Shown: positions 21,873 to 31,969, counted from the first letter of the stretch. The stretch: 64,000 bases of DNA from an uncultured Chthonomonadaceae bacterium (GCA_963835065.1 CAWIEK010000003.1:64001-128000), one strand, 5' to 3'. Numbers and translations: made by a program. The notes: generated from the sequence alone by a model not told the origin.

Positions 21873-22142
21873 GCTTATTATTATACGCTACCGCGCCACT
21901 CAAAATAGGGGAATAGCCGCAAATGAACGCAAATAGGCCGTTCAGCGCAAGCGCGCGTACAGCGTGAAGCAGGATACAAGGCAAGCAGGGATGCGGCGTG
22001 AGCAAGGACACAGCAAAAACAAGACCGAAGAAGATTAGCCGGAGGAGATTAGGATAGATGAGGCGACCTATAACCGGTGGTGTCCGTTAAGCAGCTATAT
22101 TTCTGAGTTGACAGACAACAGCGCAGCCAGAACGACATCAAA

Positions 22143-22185
22143 GCCTCGTTGTTCAAGCCGTCGAACACGCCTTGAACAACGAGGC
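22143..22185. terminator. 15-bp perfect stem-loop downstream of the FecR-like gene
   Basis: GCCTCGTTGTTCAAG-N13-CTTGAACAACGAGGC. Confidence 0.55.
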
Positions 22186-22239
22186 CGAAGCACTCAAAGC
22201 CAGACACGCCAAAACTACGAACTTACTTTGCGCGGGTAC

Positions 22240-23133
22240 TTAGCGCCGATAGTGGTAAGCGCCCCGGCCATAGCCGTAATAATGGGGGCGATAGTAGCCG
22301 CCGAACGGATAGCCGAACGAGAACCAGAGCGACGTAGATGGCCCATAGTACGGCTCATAAGCCGGCACATAGCGCACCGGCGGCAGGGTTTCGCGGCTCA
22401 CGATATGGTCGCGCTCGTCGTTCCAGCGCTCCCATGTATCCCCGGCGGGCAGGTTGCGCGTGTTGTAGGCTGTGTCCGCCGCGCGTACACTGACGAAATC
22501 ACCGGCGTACAGCGTGGCCTTGCCCGCGCTGCCGCCCTCCACCGTTGCCCTGCCGGAGCGAACGCCCACTTCCACGCTGTTCGCAACGCCGATGCGGACG
22601 CGCGCCGACCCGCTTGCCGTAATGGAGTTGAACGGCGTATCTACCTGATACGTGGAGTATTCCACTTTGGGAACCAGCGTCGCCAGCCCGGAAAGCAGCT
22701 TGATGCGCGTGTACTCGCCCCGGTCATCGCTGGAAAAGGTTTGCAGCGTGGCTACCGCGTCGTTGCCCAGACGCAGCAGGCTGCCGTCGTCAAAGCGAAT
22801 TTCCACGCGCCCGCCTTCTTCCGCCCATATTTGCGAACCTTCCCGCAGCGCCAGTTTGGTAGTGGCTTTGCTCCACTTGGCCGTATCATCGGCCCGCCAC
22901 GTCACTTTGCCGCTCACGTATTCGATACGCGCCAAGCGTTTTTCTTCCGTCCGGCGCGTAGTATTCAGTGTAGTATTGTCTTTGCGCGGCGTGCCGGAAG
23001 ATTGTACGCGCGGGGTTTCCCCAACCTGATACCCGCCATCCTGCGCTCGCGCCGCTGTTCCCAAACATAATCCGACACCCACGAATGTCAGCACTGCCGT
23101 CCTGGACTTCGCAAGGCTGTTAAAGCGTCTCAT
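22240..23133 (-). CDS. Secreted FecR-domain protein with a Tyr/Gly-rich tail
   Basis: GGAGGAG SD; signal peptide; 'LREGSQIWAEEGGRVEIRFDDGSLLRLG' FecR motif; 'DTWERWNDERD'. Confidence 0.8.
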   Translation of the reverse strand: MRRFNSLAKSRTAVLTFVGVGLCLGTAARAQDGGYQVGETPRVQSSGTPRKDNTTLNTTRRTEEKRLARIEYVSGKVTWRADDTAKWSKATTKLALREGSQIWAEEGGRVEIRFDDGSLLRLGNDAVATLQTFSSDDRGEYTRIKLLSGLATLVPKVEYSTYQVDTPFNSITASGSARVRIGVANSVEVGVRSGRATVEGGSAGKATLYAGDFVSVRAADTAYNTRNLPAGDTWERWNDERDHIVSRETLPPVRYVPAYEPYYGPSTSLWFSFGYPFGGYYRPHYYGYGRGAYHYRR

Positions 23134-23217
23134 TGTCGAACTCCTCCATGAAAACGTAAAATGGAGGGAGGTGCAGACGGAAGCACACCATCCACTCTCG
23201 TCAGGTCACACAATACT

Positions 23218-23246
23218 TAAGACGTATTAACCATCCCGGATGTTGC
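23218..23246 (-). promoter_or_regulatory. ECF-sigma-type promoter of the FecR-like gene
   Basis: GCAACA-N17-GTCTTA on the minus strand. Confidence 0.45.
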
Positions 23247-23407
23247 CCAAATTTTTCAGGCAGGAAAAACACGCCAGGAGCGCGAACCTTGCCGATGAAG
23301 CGGCGTACACAACAGTATCAACGAGTACATTGCGGCGCAATTCCATCCATAGGAACCGGATTTTATATCGACTGAACACGTCAACTTTTGTTTGCAAGGA
23401 GCAGTTT

Positions 23408-24133
23408 ATGCCACGATTCGATGGGCGCGGCAGCAGCCAGATGCGCCCCACCAAAATAACGCGAAGTTTCATGCCCAACGCCGAAGGCTCGTGCCTGATT
23501 GAAATGGGCAACACGAAAGTGATCTGCACGGTCAGCGTGGAAGACAAAATTCCCCCGTTCCGCAAGATGGAAGGGCAATTGGGTTGGCTGACGGCGGAGT
23601 ACAGCATGCTGCCCCGCGCCACGGAAACCCGGACGCCCCGCGAAACCAAAAACGGGCCGGGCGGGCGCACGGTTGAAATTCAGCGATTGATCGGGCGCAG
23701 CCTGCGCACGGTTGTGGAATTGCCGGTTTTGGGCGAGCGTACCCTGTGGGTGGACTGCGACGTGCTGCAAGCGGATGCGGGCACACGCTGCGCGGCGATC
23801 ACGGGCAGTTATGTGGCGCTGGTGGAAGCCTGCGGCAAACTGGTGAAAAAGGGCGCGATTGCCCGCCTGCCCCTGACCGCGCAGGTGGCGGCTGTCAGCG
23901 TGGTCGTGCAGGGTTCCAACGAGATGCTCGATCCCGTTTATAAGGAAGACAAGGGCTGCGACGTGGACATGAACGTTGTCGCTACGGACAAAGGCCGCTA
24001 CATCGAAGTGCAGGGCACAGGCGAAGAAACCCCCTTTGACCGCGCCCGCCTCAACCGCCTGCTCGATCTGGCCCAAATCGGCTTGGACGAACTGTTCCGC
24101 CTCCAGCGCGCCGCTCTGGAAGGCGTACTTTGA
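23408..24133 (+). CDS. rph: Ribonuclease PH
   Basis: [68 protein letters not shown]. Confidence 0.97.
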   Translation: MPRFDGRGSSQMRPTKITRSFMPNAEGSCLIEMGNTKVICTVSVEDKIPPFRKMEGQLGWLTAEYSMLPRATETRTPRETKNGPGGRTVEIQRLIGRSLRTVVELPVLGERTLWVDCDVLQADAGTRCAAITGSYVALVEACGKLVKKGAIARLPLTAQVAAVSVVVQGSNEMLDPVYKEDKGCDVDMNVVATDKGRYIEVQGTGEETPFDRARLNRLLDLAQIGLDELFRLQRAALEGVL

Positions 24134-24145
24134 AAAGGATGAAGG

Positions 24146-24886
24146 ATGAAGGATGAATTAGAAGAACAGGAAACAGGGAACAGGGAACAGGGAACAGAAG
24201 ACAATGCTGAACTCAGAATGATCAATGATGAATACAATGCCGAATCCCACTCATCACTCATCATTCATCACTCATCATTTCCCAACACCCTCCTTGTCGC
24301 AACCACCAATCTCAAAAAAGGCGGCGAGATGGTGCAGATACTGGGGGACGCAAATTTAGGCGTTGCCATTGTTACGCTGGCCGATTTCCCGCCCATGCCA
24401 CTCGTAGAGGAAACGGGTGACACGTTCAGCGCGAACGCGCATTTGAAAGCCGATGCCGCGCTTGCGCAAACCGGGATGGTGTCCATTGCCGATGATGGCG
24501 GTTTGGTGATTGACGCGCTGGACGGGATGCCCGGCGTAAAGTCGCACCGCTTTTTGGGCGAGGACACGCCGTTTACCGTCAAGATGGATCGCATTCTGGA
24601 AATGATGCGGAACGTGCCGGACGAGCAGCGGACGTGCCGCTTTCAATGTGTCGTTGTGGTCGCCGCCCCGGACGGGAGTTCGCGGGAGTTTACCGGCATC
24701 TGCGAGGGGCGCATTGCGCAGGAACAGCGGGGCGAAAACGGCTTCGGCTACGACCCCATCGTGTACATCCCCGCAGTCGGCAAGCACATGGCCGAACTGC
24801 TGCCCCACGAAAAGCACCAGATCAGTCACCGGGGCAAATCTCTGGCGCAGGCCATTCCCTACCTGCGTACCCTGTTCGCCAGGTAG
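24146..24886 (+). CDS. rdgB: Non-canonical purine NTP pyrophosphatase with a repeat-derived N-terminal extension
   Basis: VATTN..K, EETGDTF..NA..KA, ADDGGL.IDAL.G.PGV.S, GFGYDP, K..ISHRG; directly follows rph. Confidence 0.95.
   Translation: MKDELEEQETGNREQGTEDNAELRMINDEYNAESHSSLIIHHSSFPNTLLVATTNLKKGGEMVQILGDANLGVAIVTLADFPPMPLVEETGDTFSANAHLKADAALAQTGMVSIADDGGLVIDALDGMPGVKSHRFLGEDTPFTVKMDRILEMMRNVPDEQRTCRFQCVVVVAAPDGSSREFTGICEGRIAQEQRGENGFGYDPIVYIPAVGKHMAELLPHEKHQISHRGKSLAQAIPYLRTLFAR
24167..24280 (+). repeat. 114-bp composite heptamer cassette, copy A (in frame in rdgB)
   Basis: (CAGGGAA)x4 followed by a GAATGAT/ATCACTC hairpin; same length and frame as 47539-47652. Confidence 0.85.
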
Positions 24887-25003
24887 CGCAAAGCGCCGTT
24901 TGAACTTTGGCGTGAGAATTATAGTCTTAACAGCAAGTCCGGCAGTTTGTTCATGCAACAAACATGACTACGGCGAAGACGCGGATTTTGGAAGGAAACT
25001 ACA

Positions 25004-25390
25004 ATGGGAATCGGATGGGAGTATTTCAATAATGTATGCCGCGCCCTGCGCGTGGCGGGCCAGATTCTGGCAGGCGTCATTGGATTGATTATTGTGGTAC
25101 TTTTGGGGAGCAGCGTGATGCAGGTCATCAACGCTAACCGCGCCCCGGATGCAACCTTGATTGTCGCGCCGACAACGACGCCCGACGCCGCCCCGCTTGC
25201 AAAGTCCAATCCACAGTTCGCGCCGCCGGGAATTCCCGGCGCGTCCGTCACGCCCAAATCCGCCGCTTCCCCCGGTTCCAAGCCCAATTCACAGTTCGGG
25301 CAGCCCCGCCCGCCTATCTCCGGCATAGGTACAAACGGCGCTCTCCCCGCTTCCAAGCCCAACCCGCAATTCTCGGTAAAGCAGCCTTAA
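25004..25390 (+). CDS. Small single-TM Pro-rich protein
   Basis: GGAAGG SD; one TM helix; repeated (S)KPN(P/S)QF motif. Confidence 0.65.
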   Translation: MGIGWEYFNNVCRALRVAGQILAGVIGLIIVVLLGSSVMQVINANRAPDATLIVAPTTTPDAAPLAKSNPQFAPPGIPGASVTPKSAASPGSKPNSQFGQPRPPISGIGTNGALPASKPNPQFSVKQP

Positions 25391-25420
25391 GTAAAATGAC
25401 GCATGGGAGGGCTGAACAAA

Positions 25421-26725
25421 ATGAGAGTGCGGCACGAAGTACAGGATGGATTGTACGGCACAATCACGTTTGACAGCCTTGAAAAACAGTTGATTGATTC
25501 GGCCCCGTTTCAGCGCCTGCGTCATATTCATCAACTCGCCATGTGCTATCAGGTCTACCCTGGCGCGACACACAAACGATTTGAACATTCACTTGGCGTT
25601 ATGGAAGTTGCCAGCCGTATCTATGACACCATTTTCGACGCTCGTAACATTCAGGAAGACGTTCGGGAGCGTATCGCTGAAGAACTCGAACCACAGCAGT
25701 TCCAATACTGGCGGCGCGTAGTTCGGCTTGCCGCTCTACTGCATGACATAGGACACCTGCCGTTTTCTCATGCGGCAGAGAAGGAACTTCTGCCCTCCGG
25801 CTGGAATCATGAGCGTATTACGGCGGACATGCTGCGCGAGTCTGAAATTGCCGCTATTCTCAGGGACGCCAGCCCTCCGGTTCGGCCCGAAGACGTTGTA
25901 GACGCCGCCTGGGACATCCGCAAGCGCGTCCAAACGGAAACGTGCAACCTGTCCCCGTGGAAGACACTACTCAATGAAATTCTGACGAGCAACACGTTCG
26001 GCGCGGACCGGATTGATTACCTGCTGCGCGACTCATGGCATGCGGGCGTGGGTTATGGCCGCTTTGATACAGACCGTCTGGTAAGCGGCTTGCGCGTAAT
26101 CATTAACCCCGACAACGATGAAATTGCAATCGGCCTGCACATTAGCGGCATCCATGCCGCCGAAGCACTGCTTCTTGCCCGTTACTTCATGTATACTCAG
26201 GTCTACCTCCATGACGTGCGGCGGGTTTATGACGCGCACCTGAAAGAATTTCTACAGCAATGGCTGCCATCCGGGGCGTTTACCGGGCAGTGGCAAGATA
26301 TGCTGCGCGTCACCGACAACAATGTATTAGTGGCATTGCACGAGGCGGCGCTGGACAACAATAACCCTCTCCATATCCTGGCAGCGCGGCTCATGAATCG
26401 GCAGCACTTTCGGACGGTATACAACCTCGTCGGGGCGCACAAAATGCGCCGCCCTACAATTCTGGAGAAGGTGCTGGAGTATGCGCAACAGGAATTCGGG
26501 CGCGAAAATATCTTCAAGGATTATTACTCTGCTAAATCGGAGCCGAACGATTTTTTAGTGCTGACAATGGATGGTTCCACTGAAAATGCCCGACAAATTT
26601 CTGGTATAATAGATAATGTTCCCGTGATGGAAGTAGGACTGGTATTTGTCGAACCAAGCCTTGAAGCAAAGACAAAACGCGCCATTGACGCGAATTTGAA
26701 AAGACTGTTGCAAGAACCTGAATAA
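25421..26725 (+). CDS. HD-domain phosphohydrolase (SAMHD1/YwfO-like dNTP triphosphohydrolase family)
   Basis: FQRLRHIHQL, YPGATHKRFEHSLGV, LLHDIGHLPFSH, ADRIDYLLRD, R..MY.QVYLH. Confidence 0.9.
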   Translation: MRVRHEVQDGLYGTITFDSLEKQLIDSAPFQRLRHIHQLAMCYQVYPGATHKRFEHSLGVMEVASRIYDTIFDARNIQEDVRERIAEELEPQQFQYWRRVVRLAALLHDIGHLPFSHAAEKELLPSGWNHERITADMLRESEIAAILRDASPPVRPEDVVDAAWDIRKRVQTETCNLSPWKTLLNEILTSNTFGADRIDYLLRDSWHAGVGYGRFDTDRLVSGLRVIINPDNDEIAIGLHISGIHAAEALLLARYFMYTQVYLHDVRRVYDAHLKEFLQQWLPSGAFTGQWQDMLRVTDNNVLVALHEAALDNNNPLHILAARLMNRQHFRTVYNLVGAHKMRRPTILEKVLEYAQQEFGRENIFKDYYSAKSEPNDFLVLTMDGSTENARQISGIIDNVPVMEVGLVFVEPSLEAKTKRAIDANLKRLLQEPE

Positions 26726-26750
26726 GCCTTGAACTGGAGAGGAACGAACA

Positions 26751-27275
26751 ATGGAACTGGCAAAGCACAGATTGCTGCTGGCCGTGATTGAGGGGCTGAA
26801 CAAACACGGCAGTTGGACAGGCAAAACGCATGTCCAAAAAACGGCGTTTCTCTTGGATGCGAGCCGAACACTGGAAATGCCGTTTACGTTCGTGCTCTAT
26901 AAGCACGGGCCGTACTCCTTTGACATTGAGAGTGAACTCCTGGAGATGCGGAGTTACGGCGCAATCAATTCTGAAACCGTGCCGGGTTACGGCGTAACCC
27001 TCAAGCCGTCGCAAAACGCCGAATGGCTTAAAAACAAGACAACTTTGACATCAGAACAGGAACAGCAAATCGAGCGCGTATGCGAATTTGTCAAAGCGCG
27101 TAATGTAACCAGCCTGGAGCGTCTCGCAACGGCAGCCTGGATTCGCAGCCGCGAACACCTGACCGACCCGGAACAGGTTGCGGTACGCCTGCACGAACTC
27201 AAGCCGCACATCCCTGTTGCGGACGCGCTGCAGGCCGACAGAGAAGTTGCGCCCGCTCTCTGTTTTATTGGTTAA
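26751..27275 (+). CDS. YwgA/Panacea/DarG C-terminal-domain-like protein
   Basis: GGAGAGG SD; GKTHVQKTAFLL, F.LYKHGPYS, LERLATAAWI. Confidence 0.65.
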   Translation: MELAKHRLLLAVIEGLNKHGSWTGKTHVQKTAFLLDASRTLEMPFTFVLYKHGPYSFDIESELLEMRSYGAINSETVPGYGVTLKPSQNAEWLKNKTTLTSEQEQQIERVCEFVKARNVTSLERLATAAWIRSREHLTDPEQVAVRLHELKPHIPVADALQADREVAPALCFIG

Positions 27276-27332
27276 AGAGTGGCAAATAAGGCCGGCGAAC
27301 GGAACACGGTTCATGTTTTTACGAACAAAATC

Positions 27333-28181
27333 TCACCGAAAGCCGTTGGCTAGGGAGCCGATGAGCAATGTCCAGCCGTTGGCGAGGACGAACAGAAGCA
27401 GTTTGGCGGGCAGGCTGACAATCGTGGGCGGCAGCATCATCATGCCCATGCTCATCAGGGTACTCGCCACCACCATGTCAATGACCAGAAACGGCAGATA
27501 GATGTAAAAGCCGATGATAAACGCCGTTTTCAGTTCGCTCGTAATGAACGCCGGAATCACGGTCATAATGCTGATGTCGTCTTCGGTTTTGGGGCGCTGC
27601 GCGTGGGACAGGTTCAGGAAAAACGCCATGTCACCCGTATACGTTTGCCGCAGCATGAACCCGCGCAGGGGTTTTTCCGCTTTGTCCAGCGCGACCGGAA
27701 GCGTGATCTTGTTGGCGAAATAGGGCTGCAAGGCGTCGTCATTGATTTTGCCCAGTGTCGGCTGCATCACAAAGAACGTCAGGAACAGCGACAATCCGAC
27801 TAAAATCTGGTTCGGCGGAATCTGCGGCGTACCCAATGCGGAGCGCAAAATTGAAAACACGATGATAATGCGCGTGAAGGCTGTCGTCATAATTAAAATG
27901 GACGGAGCCAGCGTCAGGATCGTCATCAGCATCATAATTTGCAGCGTGACCGCCACATCTTTCGGATTCTGCGCCGTGCCCACTCCCAACTGAATTTTCG
28001 GCATCACCATATTTTGCGCCTGCGCCCCCACAGCCAGCAGGCAAAACAACGCGCCGAACAACAACAGTAGAATTTTCGATTTTCGATTTTCGATTGACGA
28101 TTGCCGATTGTGGATTAGGGATTGGGGCTTATCGCGCATTGTCCGGCGGTTGGTTATCCATTTTTCTGAATTGGTCTTCAT
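27333..28181 (-). CDS. fliP: Flagellar export apparatus protein FliP
   Basis: LAPSILIMTTAFTRIIIV, PPNQIL.GL, PAF..SELKTAF.IGF, MGMMMLPP..SLP.K. Confidence 0.97.
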   Translation of the reverse strand: MKTNSEKWITNRRTMRDKPQSLIHNRQSSIENRKSKILLLLFGALFCLLAVGAQAQNMVMPKIQLGVGTAQNPKDVAVTLQIMMLMTILTLAPSILIMTTAFTRIIIVFSILRSALGTPQIPPNQILVGLSLFLTFFVMQPTLGKINDDALQPYFANKITLPVALDKAEKPLRGFMLRQTYTGDMAFFLNLSHAQRPKTEDDISIMTVIPAFITSELKTAFIIGFYIYLPFLVIDMVVASTLMSMGMMMLPPTIVSLPAKLLLFVLANGWTLLIGSLANGFR

Positions 28182-28267
28182 TCGCTTCCTGCCTGCTCCT
28201 TCTATCCACACAAAATTAGACTATAGCAGCCTGCAATCGTCAATCGAAAATCGAAAATCGAAAATCG

Positions 28268-29467
28268 TCAATCCTCAATGTCGCGCAGGCGGCGCGCATT
28301 GCCGCGAACGTTCTGGCCGGCTTCGCGCATCAGGTCTTCCAGCGTGGAAACCGTTGCGGCGGCGGGCAGATCGTCCTGCGCATAATCCAAAGCGTCCATG
28401 TCTGCTGCCGCCGTATGCAGCATGTCGCGGAAATCGGTGGAAGCCGCATCCCCGCCGGCCTCAAACTCGGTCAGCAGGTTCAGCCCCGCAGCCGATGCGC
28501 CCAAAAGCAGTATGCGCCCTCGCACTTCCAGCAGATGCACGTTCGCGCTCCCGATAGGAACGCTTTCCAGCAAGCGGATGCTGCTTCCGCCCGCCTGCCG
28601 CGCATTATTCAGATGAAAGCCGCCGACCAGCGCGTTCCAAATACCGCCCTGCGCCCGTTTCTTCGGACCGCTTCCCCTGCTGCCCGTTCCCCACGTCTGG
28701 GATTGCAGGCCGGCGGGCAAGCGCCCCGTTTTCATTTGAAAGCGTTTCAGCAGGTTCAGCGCGCCCATAATGACAAGCAGCATGGGTATGAGGTACGCGA
28801 TTAGTTTCCACGAGTCGCCCACAGACGCCATCGGATTGTCCTGCGTATGGTCGCCGGTTGGCGTAGCGGTGGGTGTTGTGCTGTTCGCGCCTCCCGCGTT
28901 GGAAGCGTATATGTCCGGTTTGGTTTGTGCCAACACGGAGGAATCTTCGATTTTCGATTTTCGATTTTCGATTGGGGAAGCCGTCGGCAGCGCCGGGGCA
29001 AGGGGCGTGGAAATCGGCGTCGTTGCGGAATTGGGTACTGTGCCCGCGCTTGATGCGGGCGAGGCGCTCACCGCCGTAGACGGAACACTCGCCGCCGTAG
29101 ACGGAACACTCGCCGCCGTAGACGGAACACTCGTCGGCGTAGATGCCGGAAGCGGCGTGGACACAGGAACCGTCGCCGCCCTGTTTGCCGAAGCGGCAGG
29201 AGAAGTCTGAGCCGGATTTACAGGAGCGTTGGCAGTGGCTTTCCTGTTCGCAGGAGAAACGGCAGGCGTTGGCGTTGCTGTTTTCTTAGATGCCGCCGCG
29301 TTTTGGGAAGCGGAAACCCTTCCTCCATGTTTGGCAAGCCATTGCTTCCGCCACTCCTGCGCCCATTTTTCATTGGCGCGCGAGCCATGCCCCTGTTGCG
29401 CCTGCGCCCCCGCCGACAATCCACCTATAACAGCCATCACAGCCAGCATCCACGCAGCCGCCTTCAT
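28268..29467 (-). CDS. fliO: FliO-family flagellar protein with a long Ala/Pro/Ser/Thr-rich N-terminal extension
   Basis: Lies between fliN and fliP; TM segment followed by 'IRLLESVPIG...LLEVRGRILLLGAS...LNLLTE'. Confidence 0.75.
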   Translation of the reverse strand: MKAAAWMLAVMAVIGGLSAGAQAQQGHGSRANEKWAQEWRKQWLAKHGGRVSASQNAAASKKTATPTPAVSPANRKATANAPVNPAQTSPAASANRAATVPVSTPLPASTPTSVPSTAASVPSTAASVPSTAVSASPASSAGTVPNSATTPISTPLAPALPTASPIENRKSKIEDSSVLAQTKPDIYASNAGGANSTTPTATPTGDHTQDNPMASVGDSWKLIAYLIPMLLVIMGALNLLKRFQMKTGRLPAGLQSQTWGTGSRGSGPKKRAQGGIWNALVGGFHLNNARQAGGSSIRLLESVPIGSANVHLLEVRGRILLLGASAAGLNLLTEFEAGGDAASTDFRDMLHTAAADMDALDYAQDDLPAAATVSTLEDLMREAGQNVRGNARRLRDIED

Positions 29468-29557
29468 CCCCCGCCGAAAATCGAAAATTGAAAATCGAAA
29501 ATCGGCAATCCACAATCGGCAATCGAAAATCGGCAATCGAAAATCACTTCGCATCCC

Positions 29558-30559
29558 CTACCTGACCTTTCCCAGCCCGGCAAGGCGATCCGCCTGGCTG
29601 ACGATTTCTGTGATACGGATGCCGAAGTTGTCTTCGATAACGACCACTTCGCCCTTGGCAACCAATCGTCCGTTGACCAGCAAATCCACGGGTTCGCCTG
29701 CCACGCGATCCAATTCCACAATAGACCCCATAGACAGTTCCAGCACGTCCTTAATCAACATACGGACGCGCCCCAACTCTACAGTGACATCCAGGGGAAT
29801 GTCCATAATCATGTTCATGCCGCGCGGCATCAGGGGTTCCGCAGACGTAGGGAAATTGGCGAAGGGAGGAGCGCCGGATGTGGACGGCAGGGCGCTCGGC
29901 AGTCCGGGCAGTCCGCCGCCCAGTCCGCCGATATCGTTGAGCATAGCCGCGAGATCGTCTTCGCTCAGGCTATCTCCCCCCGCTTCGACGGGCGCGACAA
30001 TCAGCCCGCGCGCCCATTCCGGCGTAATGAGCAGGGTGGCCTCCCCGTCCTCAAGCCCGGCAGCCGAAAGCGTCATACGCGCTTCCAGAATGTCGCCATC
30101 CAGCGCGAAAACAGGCGGAAGCAGGAGCGGGCCGGCCTGCGTGTTGCACGACTCAATCTCGATGTTGTCGCCGTGACTTACCGCCAGCGCCGCCGCCAGG
30201 CCACGTATGCCGCCCTGCAGAGCCGTTGCCAGCAGTTTTACCTGCGCTTCTTCCAGCGTGGCTTCGGACGGCGCATCGGATTCACCGCCGGCATCCATAA
30301 GGTCGGCCAGGAAGCGCGCGGTCGGCAGGGTCAGCAACAGCAGGCTTTCCGCGCTGAACGGCCCTGCCAGGCTGAACACGGTAGAAAGCAGGCTTTCCGC
30401 GCGCATCATCACGTCCTGCATGGGAACCGTTGTGACCTGCTCGACATTCAGCGTAACATCCTTGCCGATCTGCTCGGAAAGCGCCAGGCCGAGGCTGAGA
30501 CTCAAACTGATAATCTGTTCGTGAAGCGCGCTCAACTCGCTGTTGGAAAGTTTGGACAT
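29558..30559 (-). CDS. fliN: Flagellar motor switch protein FliN (FliY-like, long form)
   Basis: C-terminal SpoA domain IMDIPLDVTVELGR...GEVVVIEDNFGIRI; CheC-like N-terminal region. Confidence 0.9.
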   Translation of the reverse strand: MSKLSNSELSALHEQIISLSLSLGLALSEQIGKDVTLNVEQVTTVPMQDVMMRAESLLSTVFSLAGPFSAESLLLLTLPTARFLADLMDAGGESDAPSEATLEEAQVKLLATALQGGIRGLAAALAVSHGDNIEIESCNTQAGPLLLPPVFALDGDILEARMTLSAAGLEDGEATLLITPEWARGLIVAPVEAGGDSLSEDDLAAMLNDIGGLGGGLPGLPSALPSTSGAPPFANFPTSAEPLMPRGMNMIMDIPLDVTVELGRVRMLIKDVLELSMGSIVELDRVAGEPVDLLVNGRLVAKGEVVVIEDNFGIRITEIVSQADRLAGLGKVR

Positions 30560-30570
30560 GGGGAAACTCC

Positions 30571-30649
30571 AGGGGTAAGGGATAAGGGATAAGTGGTAAG
30601 GGCTAAGTAAATGCAGTTTCTTACCACTTATCCCTTATCCCTTACCCCT
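30571..30649. repeat. Heptamer-repeat hairpin between fliM and fliN
   Basis: Perfect 30-bp inverted arms AGGGGTAAGGGATAAGGGATAAGTGGTAAG at 30571-30600 and 30620-30649; includes the fliM stop codon. Confidence 0.9.
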
Positions 30650-31706
30650 TCTCCTCGGAACTGATTCGGCTGATATGCACCGCCAGTTTTTTGCCGCGCA
30701 TACCCGGCTTGGCGTGAAATTTGAGGTTGTTGTCAATCAGCACGTCTACATCTTCGTGCTTCAGGCGATCCAGCGTCACCACGTCGCCCACCTGCAGGTT
30801 CAGCAGGTGTTCCACCGAGATTTCCGAACGGCCCAGGCGAACCGTGCAGGTGATACTGGTGCGCTCCAGGCGGCGGGCAAGAACCCCGGCGTATTTGCCC
30901 GTGTTCTTTTTGGCGCTGCTGGCAAACCAGCGCTGCGCGCTGAGTTTGGAGGTGATGGGCTTGAGCAGCAGGTAGGGGATGCAGATGCTCATCGCGCCGC
31001 GCTGATCGCCGACTTTGATCTCGAACAAAATGGACACGACAACATCGTTGGGCGGCACGATCTGCACAAACTGCGACTGCGTTTCCATGACTTCGCGCTT
31101 GGGCGTAAACTGCGCGATGCCTTCCCAGGCGGTATGAAAATCCTGCAAGGCGCGGTTGATGATGCTTTCCGTCAGCGCTTTTTCAATGTCGGTCAGGGCG
31201 CTGCACGATTTCATCATGCTGCCCGGCCCGCCCAGCAGGCGATCAATCATGGACAGAAGGATGTTGAATTCCATTTCCAGAATGGCCTGCCCGGCAAGCG
31301 GAGCCATGCTGAACACGTTGATGATGCTGCTGGTCAGCGAGCGCATGTACTCGTCGTAGGGAATTTGTTCGACGGACACCAAATCTACATGCGCGGGAAC
31401 GCGCAGATAGGCCGACAGGGAACTGGCGAACAGCCGCGCAAACGTTTCGTGCAGCATTTGCAGGGTGCGCAGTTGGTCTTTGGCAAACTTGTCGGGACGG
31501 CGAAAATCATAGATTTCGTAGGCAACCGGACTGCGCGACTCCCGTTTGGCGGCAGGGGTGAAGGAGGCGGCAGATGCCGCCGCGGGGGCGCGTACAGGTT
31601 CGAGTGGAGCGCTTGCCGCCGAAGAGGGCGTGTTCGCATCGCCCGCGTCACCGGTCAGGGACGCCAGCAGCGCCTCGATTTCAGCCTGGGAAAGTATTTC
31701 AGCCAA
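30642..31706 (-). CDS. fliM: Flagellar motor switch protein FliM
   Basis: TTG start with GAAGGA SD; ILSQAEIEALL CheY-binding peptide; YDFRRPDKF, IDRLLGG. Confidence 0.97.
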   Translation of the reverse strand: MAEILSQAEIEALLASLTGDAGDANTPSSAASAPLEPVRAPAAASAASFTPAAKRESRSPVAYEIYDFRRPDKFAKDQLRTLQMLHETFARLFASSLSAYLRVPAHVDLVSVEQIPYDEYMRSLTSSIINVFSMAPLAGQAILEMEFNILLSMIDRLLGGPGSMMKSCSALTDIEKALTESIINRALQDFHTAWEGIAQFTPKREVMETQSQFVQIVPPNDVVVSILFEIKVGDQRGAMSICIPYLLLKPITSKLSAQRWFASSAKKNTGKYAGVLARRLERTSITCTVRLGRSEISVEHLLNLQVGDVVTLDRLKHEDVDVLIDNNLKFHAKPGMRGKKLAVHISRISSEEKG

Positions 31707-31969
31707 TGCGGTTCCTTCACAAAAGTTGTCATGCAGTGGTTGCAGAAAAAGAAACACATGAAGAGACAGATGCAGAGACAAGAGGAGGGCAGCAGCAGGC
31801 TTGTCTTTCAAGCGCGTTCTGTCCCTACTCATTGTCGGCGCGGCCTGGCTGGAACTGTAGGCTGAATTTAGGGTTCGTAATTTTACCCCTGCCAAGCCGG
31901 CGGGAAGCCTCCTTTTGCCAACGGGAAGGGGCGCAAGCAAAGGATGAAGGAGGAGAGATAAGAGATAAG

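Noticed and set aside
21940..22075. Ile/Leu/Val attenuator leader peptide upstream of ilvA
   Set aside because: A Leu/Ile-rich frame exists but has no start codon, and no clear terminator/antiterminator pair was found.
31820..31930. c-di-GMP-I riboswitch upstream of fliM
   Set aside because: GGCAAA is present, but the GNRA-capped P2 and the GCAAA/P3 arrangement could not be built.
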